Shown: positions 26,149 to 37,829 of the stretch, piece by piece
How the letters are laid out: each line of letters starts with the position of its first letter
Numbering within the stretch: position 1 is the first letter of the stretch
DNA from: the human T2T-CHM13v2.0 reference genome, Homo sapiens
Assembly: GCF_009914755.1 (NCBI RefSeq)
Contig: NC_060934.1
DNA: 64,000 bases
Reading direction: 5' to 3' (one strand)
Program-made: the position numbers and the translations under genes
Notes under the pieces: model-generated
Databases searched by the model: none
What the model saw: the letters and a program-made list of their open reading frames with translations, nothing else
What the model was told of the DNA's origin: nothing

Positions 26149-26312
26149 TGAAGAAACATTGGCTTTGTTATATTTGTTTGCAGGCTGACTTTAGTAGGGC
26201 AAATATTTGCATAATGAGGGGTTTTGATTTCTTCCAATTACATCCTCAGCTATACCTGCAATGTTTCCCCCCTCTACACCTGGGGCAATATTTGTATGAG
26301 GCTACAGAAAAC

Positions 26313-26490
26313 CAGTGGTTCTCAAACTCTGCTGCACATTAGGGTCACCTGGGGAGCCTTAAAAGTACAGATGTCCAGGCCTTGTTCCATTCCAATTAAG
26401 CCAGAACATGGGGTGGGGAGCAGGCACCGGCATTAGGGGTTTTTTAAACTTCCCGAGAGATCCCCGTGTGCAACCAAGCTGACAACAAGA
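26313..26490 (+). mobile_element. MER5A hAT-Charlie MITE
   Basis: CAGTGGTTCTCAAACTCTGCTGCACATTAGGGTCACCTGGGGAGCC. Confidence 0.8.
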
Positions 26491-26501
26491 GTTCAAGACA
26501 G

Positions 26502-26630
26502 CAGTGCTTTCCAAACCTGCTTGATTATAAGAATTACCCATGGTCTTTTTAAAATTACCTGGCCTCTTCCGTAGAAATTTGGATTCAGCAGGTCTAGGTT
26601 TGGGGCTAAGACTGTTTATTTTTAACTAAC
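26502..26630 (+). mobile_element. Second MER5-family MITE adjacent to the first
   Basis: CAGTGCTTTCCAAACCTGCTTGATTATAAGAATTACC...GATTCAGCAGGTCTAGG. Confidence 0.65.
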
Positions 26631-27289
26631 AGGCAAAAAGAACTGGAGGAAGCAGTTTTTGTCTAGTGCAGATGAGTTTTTGGGGGATTGGTGAGAATTT
26701 CTGAAGTTGTTTTTTAAGGGAGACAAAATAAGAAAGTGAGAAAAGAGAAATGGATTAAGTGCAGCAGTAATTTATGTGTGTGGATTTCCTTTTTACCTTC
26801 TGAGAGAAACGCAAGTGAAGGACTGAAATTATTTTACAATTTCTTGTGGAGGTCTACTGTGCTTTACTGAATAAGACACCTCTCCCAACTGGACTATATG
26901 AGTCTAATGCAGTTCTAAGGAAAAAAGAGGCAGAGACATGTTTGGATGAAGAAGGCTATAGAGAGAGGGTTGGGAGTTTTGGGTACACCAGGAAAGTTTG
27001 AAGCAGCTCCCCAGGAGAATCAGGGAGGGACCTCATCACAGATATGGTACAGAGGTGCTCAGCCATGTGAGATAATGACTAAGCTAGAATATCCTCAGTG
27101 CCTAGTAGCCCCTGTCTGAATGGTTCTGTGATTTTTTCACCAGATTGCTTAGCCACACAGGTGTAGCAGTGGGGGAAGCAGAAAGCTAGATGAATCCATG
27201 GATGGAATTTTTCAGGAGAGTAACGTAGGGCATGAAGGTGAGAGAACCGAGTGTGCTGGAAAGAGGATGATTATTTGGGGATGGTAGTT

Positions 27290-27520
27290 GCTTTAGCTCT
27301 CTATTGCCACAGTGTTGCTGCATAGCAAACCACCACAATCCTCAACTGCATGCATTGGTAAGCTCTTTTGCTCATGGGTCTGGGATGTAGGAAAAGCTGT
27401 CATTGCTCATGTGTCTGTGATGCAGGTAGGTGACCCTGCTGGTCTTGGCTGGGTTTGTTCATATGTCATGGATTTGCTGGCTGCCTGCCGGCCCTGGAAG
27501 TCCTCAGCTAGGGTGATAGA
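27290..27520 (-). mobile_element. Old MLT1 (I/J-like) LTR fragment
   Basis: CTATTGCCACAGTGTTGCTGCATAGCAAACCACCAC...TTGCTCATG...CTTGGCTGGGTTTGTTCATATGTC. Confidence 0.55.
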
Positions 27521-27644
27521 ATCAAACTATGACGTTGAGACAAAGGTACATGGCAGAATATGCATGAATGACAAGTGGAACATTGGTGTTATTTTTGCTG
27601 TCTATCACAGTAGCTACCAATATATTTTAGCATCTTTTTGAAAA

Positions 27645-28093
27645 CATTTCAACTTATGTTTTAGATTCTGGGGATACATGGGCAAGTTTGTAACATGGGT
27701 ATATTACATGATGCTGAAGTTTGGGGTATGGATGATTCCAGCACCTGGGCGTGTGCATAGTACCCAATAGGTAGTTTTCTAGCCCACACCCCCTCCCTTT
27801 CTCCCTCTTCTGGTAGTCCCCGCTGTCTATTGTTGCCATCTTTATGTCCACATGTACCCAATGTTTAGCTCCCACTTATAAGTGAGAACGCACAGTGTTT
27901 GGTTTACTATTCCTACGTTAATTCACTTAGGATCATGGCCTCCAGCCACATTCATGTTGCTGCAAAGAACATGATTTTGTTCTTTTTTAAGGCTGTGTAG
28001 TATTCCATGGTGTATATGTATTACATTTTCTTTATCCAGTCCACCATTTATGGGCATCTGTGTTGATCCCATGTCTTTGCTATTGTGAATAAT
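27645..28093 (-). mobile_element. L1PA15/16-like 3' end
   Basis: L1 3'UTR reverse complement (TAGTACCCAATAGGTAGTTT...TTTAGCTCCCACTTATAAGTGAGAAC); TSD TTTTAGCATC(T/C)TTT. Confidence 0.92.
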
Positions 28094-28210
28094 ACTTTTA
28101 GCATCCTTTGAAAGCATACTTTTATAAGGGACTACTTTGTACAGATAAAACAAAATACGGAGAAAAGTAATTCAGATCTTTTTTATTTAAAATGCTTGAT
28201 ATTACTACCT

Positions 28211-28252
28211 AATAAAACCTCAACCATCTTAAATAAAACCTCAACCATCTTA
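28211..28252. repeat. Perfect 21-bp tandem duplication
   Basis: AATAAAACCTCAACCATCTTA x2. Confidence 0.95.
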
Positions 28253-28719
28253 AGCAACTAAACCAAGAAATACTATTTTTCCATTGTTCCTTTTTATTAT
28301 GGGCCATGTGTGTACATATCTCTTTTATGGATCCCAATCAGGATTCATTCAGCATTTTCAAGATATAAAATGTGAGAGTTAAAATTAAATTCTGCCTCTC
28401 TAAAATCATTCCTGGTATTAAGTTTCCTTCAGGACATTCTTTTTTGAAAAATGAGTTAAGATATGAGTTAAGAACTTTGTAGTTTGTCTTCACTATAGAA
28501 GTGCCTGGAGTGAACTTCTTCTCTACTCAAGCTAAATTGTTAATTAGCTCAAGGTACACCAGAGATGTGATCTTGGAACCTTCCGATAGCCAACATTTAT
28601 TAAAACAGTAGTCATTGGTTTTGATTAGATTTATGTGTGCATGCAGGGCGGTGAGTGTGGGGGGGCAGGGCGCGACTGGCAGCTTAGAGTAATTTTAATG
28701 TGTTATAAAGACTAGTGTT

Positions 28720-29054
<335 letters not shown>

Positions 29055-29239
29055 CTAGTGTTGAAGAATTTGACAATGGTTGGCTACCTAACAAAACCCA
29101 CTAATACCTCTTTAATTCAGAATTTCTAGAAAGGTACGGCCTCATCTTGAGACATATTCTTTTTCATCCTGAAATGCACATTTGATTTCTCTACAACCGA
29201 CACTGTTTAGGAGCCCTATTATATACTTTCATAAGCTCT

Positions 29240-29412
29240 TACCCTTCTTCGGTTATAGAAGTTGCTTGCAATTCTTCGCGTGATTTGATGGGTTTCCTTC
29301 CCTACTGGATGGTGAGATTCATGAGGGCTGAGCTCTGTGAGCTTTGCTCGTGTTGCTGGAGTCTCAGCCACTGACACAGAGCAGGGCCCCAGTAAACACT
29401 GTTGCATGAACA
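29240..29412 (+). mobile_element. L2 3' end fragment
   Basis: TCCCTACTGGATGGTGAGATTCATGAGGGC...CCCCAGTAAACACTGTTGCATGAA. Confidence 0.55.
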
Positions 29413-30844
29413 AGTGCATGAGATCCTTCTTCACAAGGACAAAGTAGGTACCTGCCTGCCTTGAGTGATTTAAAGCATTTTAAGATATGCTTTGCTGCCT
29501 CTAGATATTTCTCTGGTTAGATCCCCACAAAGATATCTGTAACATTAAGCTCTGGGACCATTTGAGAGCAGACTAGCTGCTCACAGATTCCTGAAAGAAA
29601 TGCAAAACCTTTTCTCTGGCCTCAGATACTCAGCTTACTTTTTTCCCCTCCATCTCTTTTTGCCTTGCCAACATGGAAACTGGAAACCCCATGGAATTAT
29701 TTCTCCCAGCTCTTATCTGTGAGGGTAGAACTCCATCACCACCCACACTTAGTTTCTGTTTCTGCAGAGCCAATCACAACAGAATAGCAATAATTTGCAT
29801 CTCCAAGCTTCTGTGACCTGGATGCATGGCATTTTCTGAGACTCTGGCCTCAAGGGTGCACAGCTCCCCTGCAGGCTGCCCCTCTGAGTCCCTGCTGGGC
29901 TTCAGGCTGGACAGCTCTGCCTTCTTGGCCCTAGGGACATCCCTGTGATTGATATAGCTTGGCTTCAGTGAGAAAACACAAAGTGCCAGGTTTTTCACTT
30001 TGGTTTATTTTTTACCCTTCCTTTGCAAACAGAAGAAAAACTATTTTCCCCTTGTGCTTTATCAAAAGATATACATATATATGTTTTAGTTGACATATTT
30101 AAAGGAAGAGAATAGGATCACTTCTTTCCAAAGCCTCTTAGCTTGCAGAGAGGGCTTTTTTTTTTTTTTTTTAATATCCATGCTTTTAAAGATATGTGGA
30201 AACACACAGCTACAACAACAGGTTTTTCAATTCTCAGATTTTTTTTTTTTTTTTCTAATCTGCCTCCAGCACTGGCCTAAACCTTCCCAGAACCCTGAGT
30301 GAACATTACTGGAAGCCTCAGGAGAGAGTCTCCAGCTAGATCTGCATTTGTACAACTGTCGGGATTCTGCCTCCTTTTAAGTCTTAAATCAGCCATTGAC
30401 AGGTTTGCAACATAAAGCCAAGATGGAACTCTCCCAGGTATTCAAGCCTGGAAACAAGTAGAGATAAACAAAGATAGTAGCATTTGAGGCAAACGCACTG
30501 TCTTTAAGCTACGCTGGAGTCCGTTTGGGTGAGTACTTTTCCAGGAGTTTTGTTAGCGATCTGGGGAAGGCCGAATACTTTCAGACCTGCGTGTTTCCTT
30601 CTCTGACCTTTATAAATAGGGAATATCCAAACAGGATGTTAAGGAGATTTCCTGTCAGCTGTAATTAAGCAAAAGGGATGGGATGGAAGGTTTTTATTCC
30701 TTAGTCTTCAACTTGTTCTTAGTCAGATATCTCTGCCCCCCGGGATAAAGGCCCAAAGGGAAATTTCATCTTCTTGGTGCTGGGTTGGGGCCTGTGGTCT
30801 AGAAGTAGGTGGTGAGGTTAAAGAGAAACAGCCTTAAACTGTTT

Positions 30845-30920
30845 TCCCTTTCCTTCCTTCCTTCCTTCTTCCTTCCTTCCCTCCCTCTTTCCTTTTTCCC
30901 TTCCTCCTTCCTTCCTTTCT
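30845..30920. repeat. (CCTT)n polypyrimidine low-complexity tract
   Basis: Direct reading. Confidence 0.85.
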
Positions 30921-33413
30921 AGCCACTCTTTGTTTCCCCCCAAATCATCTTGTTCTTTTATTTTTGGAGGTGGTCATTATTATTTAATGAAATCTGTCTT
31001 TTATGGTAAGATCAACAGCAGCATGTCAAAAGGGTTGCCTACTAGGTTCTTTGGTTGAGATGACTTTAATATCCTGAACCCCTGTGTATTATTATAGGAG
31101 AATGTACTGTTAATTATCAGCCAATAACTTATTTATTATATACTTACTATAACGTTTGTTGAGCCCTGTAGGAAATATGTAAGTGAATAAAATACAATCC
31201 CTGCCTTCAAGAAACTTCTGATTTAGGGAAGACAAGCAATACACATCTAAAAAGATAACTGTACCAAGACAATTAGTACCATGTGTGGCCCAGACAGGGA
31301 GGCGTTTAAGGGCAGTGCTGGCATAACATGGCCCCTCGCAGCTCTGCTGACTATTTTTTCTGTGCTTGTGATCACTGACAGTCTGTGGCCTGGAGCTTCT
31401 GTAGGAATGTTAATCATAAATATCAGATTTCTGTTTGTAGCAAAGCTGTGAAATTCTGCACTAGCAAGGTATTTCAAAGTTCCAGATGAAATCCCTTGAG
31501 GTAGCATGTGAAAAGGACCCATATTTGCTAAAGCGACTTGGAGTGAAATTCAATGTCTGGCAAAAGATCCCCTCTGGGTGAAGTATGGGAAGTGCTCTCT
31601 CGTCTCCCCTCTCTTTTATTCTCATTCCCTTTTTGTCTCACCTCTCCCTCATTTTCTCTGACCCTTTTGCTCATTTTAGTAGCTTTCCCAGTCTAATTGG
31701 GATCCCCTGCAACAGAGGGTCAGCGAAGGCTGGAAGAGAAAGGAGGGATATTCCGAATGAGGAAGGCAGGATCCTATTACAGAGGCAATTTGCCCACAAG
31801 TGAAATTTCATGTCTAACAAATATACTGCCCTATTCCAAATTCACTGCAATTAAAACTCAACTACATCATCTAACTGTACTCAGCGAAGTAGAGTAACTC
31901 TTGGGATATAATTTTGAGTGTTCTCATTATAATTGCTAAATCATAAAATCAGTCAATTCACACTGGGTCTGTAGAGCATTAATATCTAATAATGAAGTTC
32001 TACCATGGTGGGAATTCTACTCAGTTCTTCTTCCAAGATATTTCCATTAACCCTTGATGAACGAAATATATAGAGTCTCAAGGAGTCAGATTCTCCAGTT
32101 CTTCTGGATACTCAATTAGTTTGTACAAGGTCATATTTAAGATGATTGGGCAAGGCTTCTGTAGGAGTGGAAAAGGCTGAAAGAATCGTAGCAAAGCACA
32201 AGACAGGATGGTTGTGGGTGTGTGGGTTGGTTTGTTTTTATTCTAGAACTTCGAAGACAACATCGTGGAGCAGAAAAAAGGGGACATGGGATAGGTATAT
32301 ACCTGCTGGAAAGGTATGACCTCTTTTGGGTTGGCTTTTGATAGGCAATTACAAGTGATAGAATTACATTGTAGAACTTTGAAATCTAGTTATGAGGCAA
32401 AATACGTGGAAGTGAAATGTAAAATGTGACTCTTTTTGCCACCATTGATTATTGTTGCAGCTAAAATCTAATCCTCTTTTTGTCGGTGATACTATTTATG
32501 TAGAGGTTGGTTTTCCTTACACATCTTTTTCTTACACTTTTCATAGCTGTGGGATGAGTGTGATATTTTTTATTTAATAGTACAAACTCAGTGGCGGTGT
32601 AGTTCCCAGATCTCCTGGGAAGGAGGTAGAAGCCTTAATCTTCTCCAACTAAGTGGGTGAGTCATTCTCTGTGTCTCTAGTCATAGTTGTTTCTGGAGCT
32701 CTGGGCATGGGAGAATACATAGTGATCTCAGGACAGGAAATGGCTAGCCCTCAACTGAAGCCATCATCACTGAAGGTGAAAAGTCTTAACTTTAACAGTA
32801 GAAACTACGTGGTTGTCAGGTTTTCAGGAAAAGAAAGAGGAGATTAAATGTGTAGGTGGCATGGGAGGGGTGAGTTGGTATGGGTTCGGAAAGGCAGAAA
32901 CAACTTGATTTCCCTGAGCAGTTTCCATTGTAATCAATGTGTTGGGTCAGCACCAACCTCTTTACCTGAGATAAAATATTTAATGCATGTTTCTGTCAGC
33001 CTCGGAATATGCTTTGCCCTCTTAGGTTTATATTTGTAATTTGGGGTCTGGATTAGGCCCAGAACTAGTGGCCTAGCCTTAGGCCAACCTCTTCCATGAG
33101 TTAGTTTTATATCCAGCTTTGGGTGGAGCCACAACCTCTGAGGACCCAATTATATGAAGTTCTCAGAAGTGAAACAAAATTCAGGAGCGTCATCAGAGAA
33201 AAGGCTTCATTTTCCCCCTCACTGTTGCCCTAGTCCTGGGGAAATTAACATGGTGGACCGTTATCTCTGAACTTCTCTGGGCAGTTGACTGTACAAAATG
33301 GGAGAGTAAGACATAACCACAGGTTCTCTTCCTGCATAAAAGAATCTGGAAATGGATCCTCTCTTTTATAAAAATATCCCACAGTGACCAATGTGAAGCA
33401 GCGTTATCGAGAG

Positions 33414-33939
<526 letters not shown>

Positions 33940-35864
33940 GCACTGGTCCAGGGTAAGGTATTATTTGATTTTAGGAGCTACAGTATTGATATCTTCTTGG
34001 GGACACTTCTCCATGGAGCATTAACATAATTCATAACTTTTTCAAAAGAAAATAGAATCCAGGAATTTTTGATATAGAAAGAGTTCAGTATCTAAAACAA
34101 ACAGTAAGAAAACCTTTAAAAAATAATATCATCCTTGGAGCACAGGAGTCTTCCTGTCTCTGATGTATTCCCTCGAGCTCATTTAAAAAGAGGACAATGT
34201 TCAGATCCAAGAGGCTGGACAGAAACAAGTGCCTGTAATTCTTTCTGATATGTTAACCCTGAGGATGAAGGTGAGCTGACTGTCTTGGTATCTATAGGAA
34301 GAAGATCAATTATCTGGTACATAGTTTTGTGTGGCTTTCAGAAAGTGGACACATTTTACCTTGGATCTAGACTTTTAAACTACATATTGGTAAATGTTGA
34401 CAATTGAGAACACTGCTTCTGTGTTATGATGTAGTATAATCCAAGACATTTGTCTGTATTTATAGAATTTCTTTTCAGAAGTAACCAAATCAAACTCCTT
34501 AAAAATATTGCCATTGCATTTCTAATGATTTTAATTAATTTAGTTAAATATTATCTTTTTTATTTGATAAACTTGATATACAATATCTGAACTCTCTAGA
34601 TTTTACTCACCATCTATTATTTTGCTTGCACAGAATAGTGAAATTGTGTTATGTTTAAGTATATTCAAAATCATTGTTTAGCAATGGTTATATTTTTATA
34701 AGAAGGTGTTAATTGCTTGGTTCTTATTAAAACCTAGTAGTCATTTCTAGAAAAATCATCGATAATGTTGTAGGAGAATAGTATTAAAGATAGAAAGCTT
34801 ATAAACCCTGATTTCACCATAGGAACTTAAACTTTGATAAATGAAGGCTTGGCTCTACTTCTGCAGAAATTGCAAAATAGGCAATTTTGGCCTAAAGTGA
34901 AGTGACAGTTGTTTCTGTTTAGACTTAAAAATTGTGAAGCAAAATCTTATAGGCTTAAATAAGAGTTAAAATAGACTACTATCTTTTGTCCAATGGATCT
35001 CATAAAAATAATTGGACAGGTACTGAAAAGAAAATTCTTTAATGTCAAATTTCAATCTTGATCTTTAATAAGGCTATAGCAGGAAAACTATGAAGGACCT
35101 TAAGAAAACTCATTCTGAAAATAAATCAGACCCCTGATTTCCAGTCTGGTATATAAGAACCTCAGAAGTCATACCGTAACCCCATTCTATACCAAGTAAA
35201 AAGCTGAACAAACTGAGAATCAACAGCTCTTCACAGAACCTTCAGACAAGGGAGGACATAGGGCAAGCCTCTGCATCCTAGATTGGAGGGACAGACAGGC
35301 AAATACAGAGAATTACAACATGCCAAAGTGGAGAGCCACAAGCAGAAACATCCGGGGAAACAAGCACGAGGGCATGGAAACCTGAACTGTAATTAGTGAA
35401 TTGCTGAAGGCTCAGTGTGGACAAGTCTGAGGGTTAAGAACTCCAGGGGGGCCAGTCATAGGGGCACCCTCCTATCCTTGCAATTTTGTGAGTTTCACCT
35501 CTAGGATCTCAGCTCTTCTAAGTTCTCACAGTGACTATCTGAGAAAAATCCTCTCATGCTTCCAGCACAGAATAAAAAGTAACCATTTTGAAATATGTCA
35601 GAAATGTCTGTTCTTGAAAAGGCCTGCCCACAGGAGAAACTATCTTCCCAGTGCCTAACCAACCTGAGGGAAGGCAAATTCCTATTTCCAGCCCCTTCTA
35701 GCAATCCTGTCTCATGTAAGTGGGGAGAAAACTGAGAAGCACTGGTAAAGTCCACAGTCCAAAGGCACAGGCTCACCAAGACCTAATCATAAAACTATAG
35801 AGCACTTGCCTTCCCTCTGCCCCTTACTACTACATCACTACATGTCTCATTACCAGACTTCCTT

Positions 35865-36173
35865 AAAAAAAGAAAAAAAAAAACCACATAGGGTCTTGCT
35901 TTGTCCTCCAGGCTGGAGTGCAATGGCACAATCATAGCTTACTACAGCCTTGAACTTCTGGACTCAAGTGATCCTCCTGCCTCAGTACTCTTTGTAGCTG
36001 GGACCACAGGTGTGTGCCACTATGCCTGGCTAATTTTTTTATTTTTATTTTTTGTAAAGACAGGGTCTTGCTATGTTGCCCAGGCTGTTCTCAAACTCCT
36101 AGCCTCAAGCCATCCTCCCACCTCAGCCACTCAACATGCTGGAATTACAAGTGGGAACCACTGTGCACAGCCC
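35865..36173 (-). mobile_element. Alu SINE (AluJ-type) nested in the L1 5' region
   Basis: Reverse-complement Alu; TSD CCAGACT(T/C)CCTT. Confidence 0.92.
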
Positions 36174-37152
36174 AGACTCCCTTTCACCTGGTATCATGTC
36201 TAATTTCTAACAAAAAATTACAACCACACTAAAAGGCAAAGAAAAAAAAAACCCACCCCAAACCCAAAAACAAACAAACAAAAAAACCTAAAACAACAAA
36301 AAGTTTCAAGAAATAGAGCTAGCTCACAGAACTGTATTCAGATATGGCAGGGATAGTAGAATTATCAGATCAGGAATTTAAAACAACTATGATTAATATG
36401 GTAAGAGCTATAATGGAAAAAATAGACAATTTGTAAGAACAGATGGGTAAAATAAGCAGAGAGATGGAAAGTCTAAGAAAGAAACAATAAAAATTCTAGA
36501 GATCAAGAAACTAACAAAAATGAAGCATGGCTTTGAAGGCTCATTAGCAGACTGGGTGTGGCTGAGGAAAGAATCTTGAGCTTGAGGATATGTCAAGAGA
36601 AGCTTCCAAAAATGAAAGCAAAGGGAAAAAGACTGAATAAAAAAACCAGAATATCCAAGAACAGTGGGGACAACTACAAAAGATGTAAATAAGCAGAGTG
36701 GAACCCCAGAAGAAGAAGAAAGAGAGAAAGGAATAGAACAAATATTCAAAGCAATAATTAATGAGAATTTTTGTAAATTAATATGTGACACCAAACCACA
36801 GATTCAGGAAGCTCAGAGAATACCAAGCAGGATAAACGCCAAAAAACTACATCTAAGCATATCATAACTAAACTGCAGGAAACCAAGGATAAAAAAATAA
36901 ATCTTTGAAAGAAGCCCGAGGAGGTAAAGGAAAACCTTACTTATAGAGGAGTAAAGATGCAGATTACAGCTGTCTTTTCAGAAGCCACACAAACAAGAAG
37001 AGAGTGGAGTAAAAAATATTGAGAGGAAAAACCTATAAACCTAGAATTCGGTATCCTGTGAAATTATCCTTCAAAAGTGAAGGAGAAGGACTTTCTCAGA
37101 CCAACAAAAATAAAGAGAATTTGTTACCAGTAGATCTGCCTTACAAGAAATG

Positions 37153-37829
37153 TTAAAAAGTCAGGAAACAACAGGTTCTGGAGAGGATGTGCAGAAATAG
37201 GAACACTTTTACACTGTTGGTGGGACTGTAAACTAGTTCAACCATTATGGAAGTCAGTGTGGCGATTTCTCAGGGATCTAGAGCTAGAAATACCATTTGA
37301 CCCAGCAATCCCATTACTGGGTATATACCCAAAGGATTATAAATCATGCTGCTAAAAAGACACAAGCACATGTATGTTTATCATGGCACTATTCACAATA
37401 GCAAAGACTTGGAACCAACCCAAATGTCCAACAATGATAGACTGGATTAAGAAAATGTGGCACATATACACCATGGAATACTATGCAGCCATAAAAAATG
37501 TTGAGTTCATGTCCTTTGTAGGGACATGGATGAAGCTGGAAATCATCATTCTCAGCAAACTATCGCAAGGACAAAAAACCAAACACCGCATGTTCTCACT
37601 CATAGGTAGGCATTGAACAATGAGAACACTTGGACACAAGAAGGGGAACATCACACACCAGGGCCTGTTGTGGGGTGGGGGGAGGGGGGAGGAATAGCAT
37701 TAGGAGATATACCTAATGTTAAATGACGAGTTAATGGGTGCAGTACACCAACATGGCACATGTATACATATGTAACTAACCTGCACATTGTGCACGTGTA
37801 CCCTAAAACTTAAAGTATAATAAAAAAAA
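37153..37829 (+). mobile_element. Younger L1PA (approx. L1PA4-6) 3' end nested in the L1MC
   Basis: AAAAAGTCAGGAAACAACAGG...ORF2 C-terminus (ORF 37374-37616)...G-rich tract...CCCTAAAACTTAAAGTATAATAAAAAAAAA. Confidence 0.95.
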
